Positions 8,339 to 18,524 of a stretch of DNA of 64,000 bases are shown in pieces (positions within the stretch are counted from its first letter, which is position 1; each line of letters begins with the position of its first letter). The translations under genes were made by a program, and so were the position numbers. The notes under the pieces were generated by a model, which worked only from the letters and a program-made list of their open reading frames with translations, made no database searches and had not been told where the DNA came from. The stretch comes from a virus (taxonomy: Duplodnaviria > Caudoviricetes), in the IMG/VR virus record IMGVR_UViG_3300014205_005221, positions 32,001 to 96,000 of that record. One strand, given 5' to 3'.

Positions 8339-9448
8339 CTACCCTTCAGCAGTAAAACAGCCCTGCCTGCGAAGCCTTACACGACACAACTCCACCGACT
8401 TCAAATCCCGCTCGACGCCCACCACTTCGCGGCCCTCCATCACGGCCGCCTCGATCGTCGACCCCGACCCGGCAAACGGCTCGATGATGCGATCTCCAGG
8501 CATGGTCAGCAGCCGCACGAGAAAACGCATCAGGCCAAGAGGCTTGACCGTGTTGTGCTTAATGCTGGTCGACCAGTTGTCCATTTTCGGCTCGTACGAA
8601 TCATGGCCGCACACGTCGTGAGGACGGTTGGCGTACTTCGATCCCGAGCCCATATACGAGCGCGTCACCACGCCGCACACCGTGCACTCCCACGCCCTGA
8701 CCTTGCCCAGCGTCGACAGATCCTTCACACCCTCACCCGCCTCCACCTTGATGACGGGGCGCTCAGCGTTGTTGGGCTTGGACTGAAAGCGGAACGTCGG
8801 GAAATACGAGATCGCATCTCCGAACGCCGGAACCGGGCAGCCCGGAACGCACGCACCGGGAGGCTCCTCGCACAGCGACGAATGCTGCACCAGCACGTTG
8901 GGCGGAGCCGAGCCGTTGGGCAGCGCGCAGCCATCCAGATCAAGCGTGGCGGTCTTATGCTCGGCAATGGTGGGTGTGAGCCCGCCAGGCAGCATCGGCG
9001 CGCGAGCGAGCACAGCAGGCTCATGACGAGAATGAAGGGCCGACCCCCGGCCCTTCATCTCGACCGCGAGATCCTCATGCCCAGCCTTGCGCAGGCGCTC
9101 GGGCACGTTGGTGCTACGCATGAAGCCCGACGGGTAGTGCCAGATGATCGAGTCCATGACATCCCAGCCAGCCCGGTCGATGCCGGTAGCCAGATCATGC
9201 CAAGTCTTCCCCGCGCCAAACGCGACCAGCCAGCCGCCGGGCTTCGTGATTCGCAACAGCTCGCGCGACCACGTCTCGCACCACGCCGCAAAGTTCGGGA
9301 TCGCGTCCCACTCGTCGGTGCCTCCGCCCATAGCGAGGTTGTACGGAGGATCGGTAATGACTGCAGAACACGAGTTGTCCGGGATCAGCGCGAGCGCATC
9401 CTCAACGGCACCGTGCAGCAGCGTGACCGGATGCTTCAGCTCGATCAA
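8339..9448 (-). CDS. N6A/N4C DNA methyltransferase (beta class)
   Basis: ITDPPY near N-terminus, HNTVKP, EPFAGSGS near C-terminus. Confidence 0.9.
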   Translation of the reverse strand: MIELKHPVTLLHGAVEDALALIPDNSCSAVITDPPYNLAMGGGTDEWDAIPNFAAWCETWSRELLRITKPGGWLVAFGAGKTWHDLATGIDRAGWDVMDSIIWHYPSGFMRSTNVPERLRKAGHEDLAVEMKGRGSALHSRHEPAVLARAPMLPGGLTPTIAEHKTATLDLDGCALPNGSAPPNVLVQHSSLCEEPPGACVPGCPVPAFGDAISYFPTFRFQSKPNNAERPVIKVEAGEGVKDLSTLGKVRAWECTVCGVVTRSYMGSGSKYANRPHDVCGHDSYEPKMDNWSTSIKHNTVKPLGLMRFLVRLLTMPGDRIIEPFAGSGSTIEAAVMEGREVVGVERDLKSVELCRVRLRRQGCFTAEG

Positions 9449-10428
9449 GACAATTCCCCATTCGCTGCAGACACCAGCAGCTCCGTCGCCAAATCCTGCT
9501 CAGCCTTCGGGAGACCCATCTCGCGCACAGCCTCGACCACCGACTCGATCGACGACGCCATCACCGTAGACGCGCCCACCGCCGCCAGGAACTGGTCCAT
9601 ACGCTGCTGGTAATCCACTATCGCAGCATGCTGTTCTACCCGGAACACCTCGGAACCCGGCTTGGCTGTCTGCAGCTCGACACGCTCGAACGCAGCAGCG
9701 CCCTCGACACCGGAATGCCAGATGGTGATCGCAGGCTTACGCGTCAGATCCGACTCATGCAGCGATCCCCGCGACAGCGCACCTTGGTTGCAGAACGTGA
9801 CTCCGTCAACCTCAAACACCCCGTGATAGTCGTGGACATGGCCGTAATACAGATGGCCTTTGTGACCTGCCCACTCAGCCACAGTACCTGCCGGAATGTT
9901 CTCATATGGAAGCTCTCGACCCACCGGATACAGCGGCGCGTGCGTCACGATCAACCCGCCTGACTCCGACCAGGGAGTCCTCGACGCGCGCCAGTCCTGG
10001 AACGCCGCAGAAGCATCCTGCCAGTCCTGCTGCCACGGGACACCGTAGAGCGGCAGATCCTCAGCCCAGCCATCGAGCAAGCGCATTCCCGCCTGCAGCA
10101 GCACACCGAAAGGCTGAGTCTCGAACACAGAGTCAATGCGGTCATGCTGAATGTCGTGATTGCCAATCACACCGTAGACCGGGCACGGGGATGCGTGAAT
10201 CACATCAATCATGCGCTGCACCGTCTTATGCGAGGTGCGGTCCGGGCGCTTAATATGAAAGATGTCACCAGACAGAACTAAAGCCTTCAGATTACGTTCT
10301 GTGGCGATCTTAATGATCTCATCCAGAAGACCGAACAGATCATCGTTATAGGTGTCATAACACTGACTTGGAGCTTTGTCAGAGAGATGCACATCGCCGA
10401 CAGTGCCAATCTCAACTTCTGAATCCAC
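9445..10428 (-). CDS. sbcD: Mre11/SbcD-like metallophosphoesterase nuclease
   Basis: GDVH, GDIF, GNHD, THAP, GHVH motifs. Confidence 0.88.
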   Translation of the reverse strand: MDSEVEIGTVGDVHLSDKAPSQCYDTYNDDLFGLLDEIIKIATERNLKALVLSGDIFHIKRPDRTSHKTVQRMIDVIHASPCPVYGVIGNHDIQHDRIDSVFETQPFGVLLQAGMRLLDGWAEDLPLYGVPWQQDWQDASAAFQDWRASRTPWSESGGLIVTHAPLYPVGRELPYENIPAGTVAEWAGHKGHLYYGHVHDYHGVFEVDGVTFCNQGALSRGSLHESDLTRKPAITIWHSGVEGAAAFERVELQTAKPGSEVFRVEQHAAIVDYQQRMDQFLAAVGASTVMASSIESVVEAVREMGLPKAEQDLATELLVSAANGELS

Positions 10429-10478
10429 AGCCCTCTCCTACCCTGAGACAGGGAGAGCTTCGAGCTTTAAGCGCTATG

Positions 10479-10961
10479 TCATGCAGACAACGCTACAGGT
10501 TTAGCAAGCATTGTATGCCGTCGCTGCTCGGGTAACGCTCTACCCGGAGGCGGTGTAAACACCATGGTGGGAGACGTTTGCTGCGGCATCCTCAACATCC
10601 AGCGAGACACGTTCGACGCCCACAACGCCGACGAATCCGACAATCGAGTCAACGCAGCAAGCTCGTCCGAACGTGCATGCATGATCGCCGCCTTATACAA
10701 CGATCGGCGAGGCACCTCACCCGAGAACAGCGGCCACTTCTCCGAGCCCGGGTGCAAGGAAAGCACCTCGTGGAACACCCGGGCAGCCACCTTGGAATCC
10801 GCATCGGACTCCGGTGCTTCTGGATTGTCGGGAGCTGCATGAATCTCCCGAAGGATACGCAGCAGCTCCCGACAGCAGTCCTCAGTCCAGGCAGAGCTGA
10901 GAACCACCCCATCCGTTGTACGGAGAACCTCTGACGCTTGAGACACAGATGATGTCGTCAT
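10479..10961 (-). CDS. Hypothetical protein
   Basis: 160 aa ORF between sbcC-like and sbcD-like genes. Confidence 0.65.
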   Translation of the reverse strand: MTTSSVSQASEVLRTTDGVVLSSAWTEDCCRELLRILREIHAAPDNPEAPESDADSKVAARVFHEVLSLHPGSEKWPLFSGEVPRRSLYKAAIMHARSDELAALTRLSDSSALWASNVSRWMLRMPQQTSPTMVFTPPPGRALPEQRRHTMLAKPVALSA

Positions 10962-10975
10962 TGGAATCCTGTTCT

Positions 10976-12073
10976 CTAGACGACGTTATCGACCTGAGCG
11001 TGAGCTGCCGAGGCCCCGCACAACGGACAACTACCAGCCAGGCTCAGAGCCTGACTAAACCGATGACGTGCCTCGTCGGCAGCAGCACGGGCATCGGAAA
11101 TCAAATGAGACAAACGGACAACACTGCCGTCGGTCTCGGACAACTTCTCCAGAGCTTGACGCAAATTCGCGCGCTGTGCCAGCAATCGGCTCAAATTCTC
11201 CGTCTCAGGTACTAGACGTAACCCCACGGTCGCTGTAGAGCAACGTTCTCGGGCTGATTCCACGTCATCGAGCCGATCTGACACGCGAGCGCGCACCTCG
11301 GCCAGCTTTTCCAAACGATCCGTACTCGGGATTTCACGACGCTGAGCCAAAGATGTACGCAATCGAGCGGCGGACGACTTCAACGTCTCCAGACCGGCGT
11401 TCAACGAGAACGCTATGTCTTCAAGCTCCTCAGCGTATCCCATCGCCGTCTGCGCTTCATCCGCAGCAGCCAACCGACCCGGGAGTCTGGCAAACTTCCG
11501 GCCCGACTCGGTCACCGAATCCAGCTCAGACGCCTTCGAAGAATAAGCACGTCGCGCCTCGGAAGCCCGGCGGTTGGACTCGCGCACAGCGGCGTAAATC
11601 ATGTTGACGTTGGTGAGCTTGCCCAGCACACGAGCAACCTCAGCGCCGGTCTCATCGAGCAGATACGGGCGATCGAACTGGCCCGCGACCCACAGCTTCG
11701 TCTCGCCCAGCTGCAGGCCCTGAGAGACACCGTCCGGCACTCCAGACGCACACTTGGTGTACACCACCGGCTCGGCGTGCATACCCGGGAGCAGCAGCGT
11801 GTAGGACGAGACGCCCTTACCCCGCTCCACGGTCACGACCGTCGATGCGTCGAGCACCGGCTCCGAACCCGCAAGCTCCAAAGCAACCCGACACGACTTC
11901 GCGCCCTGACGGACATAGCTCGTGCCACGAGCGTTCTCCGCTACCAGCTTGAGCGCTCGCACTACGGCAGACTTGCCCGAGCTTGATGAGCCAACAATTA
12001 CTGTGAATGGGCCCAACGGTAAATGCGTACTCTGATGCGACTGAAAATCAGTCAGAGTCACAGAGCGAAACAT
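10976..12073 (-). CDS. sbcC: Rad50/SbcC-like ATPase, N-terminal half ending in a zinc hook
   Basis: LTDFQSH, GSSSSGKSAV Walker A, Q-loop GQFD, coiled coil, CPLC; no ABC signature or Walker B. Confidence 0.8.
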   Translation of the reverse strand: MFRSVTLTDFQSHQSTHLPLGPFTVIVGSSSSGKSAVVRALKLVAENARGTSYVRQGAKSCRVALELAGSEPVLDASTVVTVERGKGVSSYTLLLPGMHAEPVVYTKCASGVPDGVSQGLQLGETKLWVAGQFDRPYLLDETGAEVARVLGKLTNVNMIYAAVRESNRRASEARRAYSSKASELDSVTESGRKFARLPGRLAAADEAQTAMGYAEELEDIAFSLNAGLETLKSSAARLRTSLAQRREIPSTDRLEKLAEVRARVSDRLDDVESARERCSTATVGLRLVPETENLSRLLAQRANLRQALEKLSETDGSVVRLSHLISDARAAADEARHRFSQALSLAGSCPLCGASAAHAQVDNVV

Positions 12074-12221
12074 GCAGAGTTCCCTTTCACGTCACCGAGA
12101 CACAGTCCTACTGCTGTGCACATCGGTGGGATGCGCCGGTAACCCGGAGCACCTCCACGATGCGCTCAGCACGCGATCATGAGCAGGGCCGAACGGGGGA
12201 ACTATCGAAACGTTCCGAACC

Positions 12222-12662
12222 TCAGGAGCGATTACTTGCGGAGAGCAGCACTTTACTCAGCGCCAAAGCGCCGGTGTCAACATTACGCTCCACAGCCAAT
12301 CGCAGCACGAGATCATCTGCAACCGACAAGCGAACCAAGTCGGCCTCTGCTTCCAGGTCTTCTACCCAGTTGCTGGCCTTAACCTTGTCCTTGGCGCCGC
12401 GAGCCTTGTTCTTGGCCTTTAAGGCTTCCCACTCAGCGAGCGCCTTCGCGGCCTTCGCCTGAGTCTTCTTGGAAACCTTGTCTCCGCCAGCCGCCCAAAC
12501 TTTAATGCGTGAAATAGCGATAGCAATAGCCTGAGAAAGAGACTTGCCAGTCTTCTCTACAGAACGCGCAATCTCACGTACATAAGCTGGCAAGTCGCCA
12601 GAATTCTCTACCCAATTCTTTTTGGGTGACCTATCTAAACTAGCTGAGGACCCCACTGACAA
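12222..12662 (-). CDS. Hypothetical basic protein
   Basis: NWVENSGDLPAYVREIARS...; lower-GC ORF. Confidence 0.7.
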   Translation of the reverse strand: MSVGSSASLDRSPKKNWVENSGDLPAYVREIARSVEKTGKSLSQAIAIAISRIKVWAAGGDKVSKKTQAKAAKALAEWEALKAKNKARGAKDKVKASNWVEDLEAEADLVRLSVADDLVLRLAVERNVDTGALALSKVLLSASNRS

Positions 12663-12852
12663 CTCCCGACGTGGCCTCTTCCGTTACCTCAGAATTCGAC
12701 CCGAGCGCGACAGATTCCGCGTACTCATAGTTAAAACCTTCACCAGAAACCGCTATCGAAAACCGATCCCACAACTGAGAAACCGTCCAGCCATCAGCAA
12801 TACGGTTCTTCATGTCCTCAGTTGCAACAGCACCACGCGGATCGAAAGCCAT
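12640..12852 (-). CDS. Hypothetical protein
   Basis: 70 aa; GGGTAG 9 nt upstream. Confidence 0.7.
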   Translation of the reverse strand: MAFDPRGAVATEDMKNRIADGWTVSQLWDRFSIAVSGEGFNYEYAESVALGSNSEVTEEATSGVVSGVLS

Positions 12853-12877
12853 ACGTGTCTCCTACCCCAGACAGCAG

Positions 12878-12904
12878 AAAAGCCCCCACCCGGAGGCAGG
12901 GGCT
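12878..12904 (-). terminator. Intrinsic terminator
   Basis: AGCCCC/GGGGCT stem, then TTTT on minus. Confidence 0.6.
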
Positions 12905-12917
12905 GATCTGGGATTCG

Positions 12918-14126
12918 TCAGTGCGCGTGACCGTCCACGCCCTCCGGGAGGACACGGTGACAACCGCCGCAGCGCTCGGCGTGACGAATGACATCTCCGC
13001 CACTGCGCATGAGACGCTGCTGCTCCGCCGTGCTAGCCGCGTTGTTCGCAGCCTGGGTGACAGCGTTGGTGAGCGCGTACATGGTCAGCTGGTCATTCTC
13101 GACCAGGTTGTTCATGATGCGCGTCCGAGCCGCCGTCGGAATGCGGTACTGCTCGAACAGATCCGTAGCCGTCGCGCCGACGTTGTTCGGGTCGATGCGA
13201 AGATGCACCAGCTGCTGCACACGCTCGAAAATGCCATCAAAATGACCGAGCGCGTCCTCGACAGCCTGACCAGCCCACGCGAGCAGCGGCTCCAGCTCCT
13301 GGCCGCTGGTGCGACGATTCCACACGCCGCCGTCCGGAAGGACGTCGATGTAGCCGTTGGTGCACCGCTGCCTAAACATAAACGCCGCGATCTCGGTCTG
13401 CTTCGACGCGGTGAGACTGTTGGTCAGCTGCAGACCTCCCCACCAGCGGTCATCGACCTCGTTGGTGCCCTCGATCAGGCGCGCGACGTCGGGGAGCACC
13501 AGCTGCAGATGCGTGAGCAGCAGGCTGTGGCTGATCTTGTTGCGGTCCACATACACCGAGACACCCGGGTGGACGCGCTCGATGACCTCCAGCGCACGGT
13601 CGAGCAGCGCCAGGTTGGAGAACGGCTGCACCGAGTCGCTGGTGAACGCCGAGCCGAGCTGATCCTCACCGATGACCATGAGCTGAAGGCTCTTGTCCAT
13701 GCCGGTCCGGAAGTGATAGTTCAGCATGTCCTCGGTGAGGTGACCCGGGACGCGCTCGACCAGACCCTTACCCATGCTGAACTGCTTGGCAGCACCATGC
13801 AGACCGTCGAGAGACAGCTGATACTCGGTGCCGTCGTTCATTCCGTCCATGAACGTGACAAACGCGTTCACCGGCTCGGTGCCGTGAATAGCACCAAGAT
13901 CCTGATTCCAGTCGTCCTCAACCCGGAACCTGACGTGAGGACCGGTGTCGAAATTGACATACGCCAGAGGCTCAGTCTTGCCGAGAATCTCACGGCCCTG
14001 CTCCAGAGTCACGAGCTTCTCGCGCTCGATCATCTGCTCGATGGTGATGGGCGGGTCGTTCGGACCCCAGCTCATCACATCGGTCGGTGCATGGCCGAGA
14101 TCGCCACCCACAGTGGGAGCGGTCAT
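12918..14126 (-). CDS. DUF932-like phage protein
   Basis: GGLQLTNS...AFMFRQRCTNG and TMYALTNAVT motifs. Confidence 0.7.
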   Translation of the reverse strand: MTAPTVGGDLGHAPTDVMSWGPNDPPITIEQMIEREKLVTLEQGREILGKTEPLAYVNFDTGPHVRFRVEDDWNQDLGAIHGTEPVNAFVTFMDGMNDGTEYQLSLDGLHGAAKQFSMGKGLVERVPGHLTEDMLNYHFRTGMDKSLQLMVIGEDQLGSAFTSDSVQPFSNLALLDRALEVIERVHPGVSVYVDRNKISHSLLLTHLQLVLPDVARLIEGTNEVDDRWWGGLQLTNSLTASKQTEIAAFMFRQRCTNGYIDVLPDGGVWNRRTSGQELEPLLAWAGQAVEDALGHFDGIFERVQQLVHLRIDPNNVGATATDLFEQYRIPTAARTRIMNNLVENDQLTMYALTNAVTQAANNAASTAEQQRLMRSGGDVIRHAERCGGCHRVLPEGVDGHAH

Positions 14127-14225
14127 GTCTTTGCCTCCTCAGGCTTTTCGATTTCCGCTTTCACGACTGTTCTACCCACGGAAATGGGAAACGAGATTCG
14201 GTGAACGCGCTATCTGACAGATTCG

Positions 14226-16697
14226 TCAGACGAGCCGCCTGGCGCCGGACAAATCCGGGCCGCCCTGTCGCTGCTTGACCGCCGACGTAGGAACCGTCGG
14301 CATAGCGACCGGCTGCGGTGCATCAGGAGGTGTCGACACCGTGGGCATCGGAACCGGAGGCGGCCCACTCAACTCGACCTGCGGCATGGGGGCAGGCTTG
14401 GGCAACGGAGCTGTCACCGGTACGTCCTCGGGATCCACAGGCTCCTCGGCAACTTCAGGAGCGTGACCGTCCCCCTCCGGATCATCAACCAACTTCGGCT
14501 GCAGGTCCGCGATGTCCATGCTCAACTCAGCACGAGCACGGGCCGAAAGCTTGGCGCCCCACTCCGGATCGAAATCCGCCAAATCCAACACGTTTCCGAG
14601 CCCCTGCAGCTGCGGCCCCTTCTCGCTCGACTTCATCTGCGGGTGATACAGATCATCGGGGAAATACCAAAACGCGCCCGACTTCCGTACGATCTTGGAC
14701 GCCTCCAGCACCCGCATTGCAGCGTGCGCATCGGAGAACCCTTGGCCCAACACAAGATACAACTGGGCCGCCTGCATCGGCTTGCCGACTTTGTTCTTGG
14801 TCACCAGCGCCTGGCTCATCACCGAGTGCGTCTCGTTGATCTTCTCGCCCGACAGCGGGTCGACGCGCTCGCCCTTGAACTGCTTCACGATCTTGAACTG
14901 CACACGCTGCGAGCTGTAGAACTTCAGACCCGAGCCTCCCGGCGTAGTCGTCCGCTTGGGCATGCCCGGACGGGTGGGGCCGGTCTCGATGACGTCGCGC
15001 TCGTGATTGATGAAAATAGCAGCGGTGCCGGTCTTCGCCAGGAACGAAATCATCTTGGACAATTCGTTCTGCAGCAACCGAGCACGCTCCATAGCGGTGG
15101 TACGGGACTCGCCGTCCTCCTCCACCAGCTTGCGCGGAGCCATCGCCGCCACCGAATCGAAGATGGCCAGGCCCAGCTGTCCGGTGCGGATCGCCTGCGA
15201 CGCCACGGACATGCCCTGCTCCAGCGATGCGGCTGGGTACGGCTTGAACAGGTCGCGGTTGTCGACGTCCACACCCAGAGCCCGGAGATAGGGCTTGTCG
15301 AGAGCCTGCTCGAAGTCGACGTAAAGAACCGGCAGACCCATCTTCATGCACTCAGCGGCGCACTGAGCGGCCGTCGTGGTGTTGTGCGTCGGAATAAAGT
15401 CATCGGTCACAAACAACTTGCTCAAAGCGGACACCGAGATGCACTGCGCTTCAGCTCGACGAGAGAACTCCACCGACACCAGCACACGCGGGCGCATACC
15501 ATCGACCCAACCTGGACGCTCTCCGGTCTGCGAGCGTCGCGCCCAACACTCGGCCTTGCGCGCAAGCCGGAACAACGGCGAGGTCCGCGACGTGATCCGC
15601 GCGGTGTAGCACGGGAAATACTCGCCTCCACTCACGCGCACGCCCTTAGGCTGGCGCTGCCCCAAAGTCACCCGGCAGCCGAGCGAACGAGCCAGCCACA
15701 CCACGTCATCGCGAAGCTGTCGTGACGCAGATCCGAAGATCGCTGCACCACCGCCAGCACATGCCTCTGCATCAGTGTCGAGCAACCCCTGCAACACAGC
15801 AAGTCTCGTCTTTGCGGAAGCAATCTTGTAAGACTCAGGAACAAACTTAGTATCCGCCTTGTGTCCCATGACGCCCAACTCGCGCAACGACGCCGTAAGG
15901 GGATTCACCGAGCCGCCACGAGAACCGCACGAGAGACGGTACGACACACCGCGACCTGCGCGGCTTGCCTCGTACAGCTCCACCCCTGCAGGAAGCGTCT
16001 GAGAAACCGCATCAATCAACTCAGAATCAGCTGAAGTGAACAACGCGACGCCGCCCATACCGCCATCGCCGAGCAACAAGCCGAGCAGGTAGGGATCCAG
16101 CGGCAACGGACCCTCAGCGAAGTCCAGGTCCGGGCGCAGCTCCGCATCCAACACGGGACGACACGTCGAGCTGTTGAGCCGTGATGGCACCATCATTTCC
16201 GAGAGCGGCACCACCTTGTGCTCGACAAAAATCTGACGCTCACGACGCACACCACGCCGCTTGGACGACCGTCCTCCCTCCTGCACCCGACGGGACACGC
16301 GATATCGAAACGGCCACAAGTGATCGGCAGTGGACTCACACGTCGAACCGTCCGAAAACGTCAGACGGTAGATATCCATCTCGCCCTGCGGGAAAACGCC
16401 AGTGACCTCTGAAGGCTGTCCCTCAGGATCGATGACAGCATCTCCGACCTGCAGATCACCCATGCGAACATAGCCGGTAGGTGTCAACACCAAGCCGTCC
16501 AACGCAAGCGCCTTGCCTGATTGGCTGAGTCCGTACAGCTCTGCGATGCGCCCGCGCGCGATGCCGCCGCCCAACACAAAATCGAGAGCCAAATTACCGG
16601 TGGGAATGAATCCCTTATCACCGATGACAGACTCGTAGTCCAACTCTTCTTCGGCGTACGCCGCCTGAAGAATGTCATCAAGAGTTTTTACAGCCAC
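14226..16697 (-). CDS. recA: RecA recombinase containing an intein; Pro-rich C-terminal tail
   Basis: IPTGNLALDFVLGGG, GRIAELYG.SQSGK|TTTA, DFEQALD, DSVAAM, IFINH, PGGSGLKFYSS, KNKVG; start GTG 16697 after GAGGAG. Confidence 0.93.
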   Translation of the reverse strand: MAVKTLDDILQAAYAEEELDYESVIGDKGFIPTGNLALDFVLGGGIARGRIAELYGLSQSGKALALDGLVLTPTGYVRMGDLQVGDAVIDPEGQPSEVTGVFPQGEMDIYRLTFSDGSTCESTADHLWPFRYRVSRRVQEGGRSSKRRGVRRERQIFVEHKVVPLSEMMVPSRLNSSTCRPVLDAELRPDLDFAEGPLPLDPYLLGLLLGDGGMGGVALFTSADSELIDAVSQTLPAGVELYEASRAGRGVSYRLSCGSRGGSVNPLTASLRELGVMGHKADTKFVPESYKIASAKTRLAVLQGLLDTDAEACAGGGAAIFGSASRQLRDDVVWLARSLGCRVTLGQRQPKGVRVSGGEYFPCYTARITSRTSPLFRLARKAECWARRSQTGERPGWVDGMRPRVLVSVEFSRRAEAQCISVSALSKLFVTDDFIPTHNTTTAAQCAAECMKMGLPVLYVDFEQALDKPYLRALGVDVDNRDLFKPYPAASLEQGMSVASQAIRTGQLGLAIFDSVAAMAPRKLVEEDGESRTTAMERARLLQNELSKMISFLAKTGTAAIFINHERDVIETGPTRPGMPKRTTTPGGSGLKFYSSQRVQFKIVKQFKGERVDPLSGEKINETHSVMSQALVTKNKVGKPMQAAQLYLVLGQGFSDAHAAMRVLEASKIVRKSGAFWYFPDDLYHPQMKSSEKGPQLQGLGNVLDLADFDPEWGAKLSARARAELSMDIADLQPKLVDDPEGDGHAPEVAEEPVDPEDVPVTAPLPKPAPMPQVELSGPPPVPMPTVSTPPDAPQPVAMPTVPTSAVKQRQGGPDLSGARRLV
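15381..16511 (-). mobile_element. Class 3 (Ala1) intein with LAGLIDADG homing endonuclease in the RecA P-loop (377 aa)
   Basis: Starts ALALDG, ends FIPTHN/T; block B DHLW, block F AQCISV, block G VT; LLGLLLGDG and LQGLLDTD. Confidence 0.9.
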
Positions 16698-16820
16698 AGA
16701 AAGCTCCTCAGAAAACAAACACGGCCCGGGAGTCGAAGCCATTCCGCCGGGATCTAGCGAGGCGACTCAACCGGGCCGTGCGATAGCGATTATACCCGGC
16801 CGAAAACAAAACAAACAACG

Positions 16821-17366
16821 TCACGCTGCGAGACGCGCCAGCAGGCGGCGAGCAGGAGGATCTTCGAGATACTCCGCACCCCTCCGGAACGCCGCAGGAT
16901 CATCTCGAAGATGTCCGACAATCTTGCGGTTGCACATCGTGCACAGAAGTCCTCGAACGCACAACGTGCACGCATTTTCTGCCGGATGGTCTGCAGTGCA
17001 CGAATGATTGTGATCCACCGCAAGGCGCTTAGACTTTCCGTAAGCACGCTCGCAGATGTAGCACATTCCCTTTTGAAACTCGTACAGCTGCCAGTAGAAC
17101 TCAGAAGAAATGCCGTACGTCTTCACCACACGACGTGCATGCGACGCGGCGCTGTCCACAGCTCTCTTAGCACGAGTATGCGTAGTGCAACGCGGACCAG
17201 GAACTAGCTTGCCGCTTTTGTCTTTCGCCAAGGGACGACGCACACGAGGGCGATACTGCTTGTCCGGAACAGGCTCCGTGCCCGGCTCCAGATACGGCAG
17301 CGCCCGGCATTCCTTGCACTCCGGGGGAGGCTTCACTGGCGCTGGTTTACGAACCCGAGGTGGCAT
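16821..17366 (-). CDS. Recombination endonuclease VII
   Basis: YGIS...QKGMCYIC, LAVDHNH, VRGLLCTMCN. Confidence 0.9.
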   Translation of the reverse strand: MPPRVRKPAPVKPPPECKECRALPYLEPGTEPVPDKQYRPRVRRPLAKDKSGKLVPGPRCTTHTRAKRAVDSAASHARRVVKTYGISSEFYWQLYEFQKGMCYICERAYGKSKRLAVDHNHSCTADHPAENACTLCVRGLLCTMCNRKIVGHLRDDPAAFRRGAEYLEDPPARRLLARLAA

Positions 17367-17390
17367 AGCTCAACCTTCGTCTAAAGACAC

Positions 17391-17424
17391 CACCGGCCGG
17401 GCACCCGTAGATGCCCGGCCGGTG
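17391..17424 (-). terminator. Terminator hairpin
   Basis: 13-bp perfect stem CACCGGCCGGGCA/TGCCCGGCCGGTG just after the SSB-like gene. Confidence 0.7.
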
Positions 17425-17430
17425 ACAGCG

Positions 17431-18441
17431 TCACTTCATGTCGAGATTGAGACCAGCCATGATGTCAGAGAACGAGTTGCTCTCCTTGGCCTTGGACTGC
17501 GGAATCGCCGACGTAGTAGCGGTCTCCGGCTCCTCGGCAGCCGCAGGAGAGCCCACCGTGTCATCCAGATCCGCAAGGGAAGCGGCGGGAGCCTCTTCCT
17601 TCTTGGAGCCGGACTGCTGGTCGATCAGCGATCCCGAGAGCGTGGACGAGAAGTCCGGCTCCGGGATCTTGTTGCCGCCCTGCGACACCGACTGCCACTT
17701 CGCGATGATTGAGTCAACGTCGGACTTGGTGTAGCGCGGGTCCGACTTGCGACCGCAGTACGCGGAGAGATCGCCAGCGTTGTTGCCCTGGAAGATCTCC
17801 TCGGCCTCCGCCAGCTTCTTGGGGTTAGCCGCGAGTACGCAGCGGGGAGCACCCTGGATCTCGTAGTTCTGGAACTTGGGGCTGTTGCACGGGCCGAGCG
17901 TCAGGTCGACGTCCAGCACGTTGCCGTTCTCAGCGAACTCCTCCAGCACCGCAACCACACGGGCGTACCGGCGCTCGGTCATTTTGAAGACCTTGACCTG
18001 AATGCTGATCGGCTCAGCAGCCTTGGAGGTGTTGCCCTGGCACGCGTACTCGAACACGTGCACCGCCCACTTGCGCTCCGGCTTCTCGAACCACTCCGAG
18101 TGGTCGAGCGCAGCCTTGCACATCACACAGTTGTCAGGGTCGATGCCGCGATCGGACAGCGCGTCATCCGCGCCGTGGCAGATCGGAGAACCGACGTACT
18201 CCAGGTCGGGGACCTCACGGGTCTCCTTGTCGTCGCCCTTACCGACCTCGATGGTCTTCATGACCAGCTGACCGGTGACATTGGACAGGCGCGGAGCCCG
18301 AAGCTGGTGAACCCACTCAAAGGTGGGCTCCGCCTCGGCCAACTTGATACGGGTGTTGTCCCCGATCTTGTCCAGCTTCAGGACGGGAAAAGACGTCCCT
18401 GACGCCCGGACGTTCGTCGACGCAAAACTCGACTTTGGCAC
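17431..18441 (-). CDS. Single-stranded DNA-binding protein, gp32-like
   Basis: H..C..CxxC Zn ligands, flexible acidic C-terminus, replication-module context. Confidence 0.6.
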   Translation of the reverse strand: MPKSSFASTNVRASGTSFPVLKLDKIGDNTRIKLAEAEPTFEWVHQLRAPRLSNVTGQLVMKTIEVGKGDDKETREVPDLEYVGSPICHGADDALSDRGIDPDNCVMCKAALDHSEWFEKPERKWAVHVFEYACQGNTSKAAEPISIQVKVFKMTERRYARVVAVLEEFAENGNVLDVDLTLGPCNSPKFQNYEIQGAPRCVLAANPKKLAEAEEIFQGNNAGDLSAYCGRKSDPRYTKSDVDSIIAKWQSVSQGGNKIPEPDFSSTLSGSLIDQQSGSKKEEAPAASLADLDDTVGSPAAAEEPETATTSAIPQSKAKESNSFSDIMAGLNLDMK

Positions 18442-18524
18442 GGCACTCTCGCTCTCTCTGATTCACAAGTGCGGCTCCGTGAGCCACGAACTACTTATAC
18501 CCGGAAGGCCCGACAGTTTCGGGA

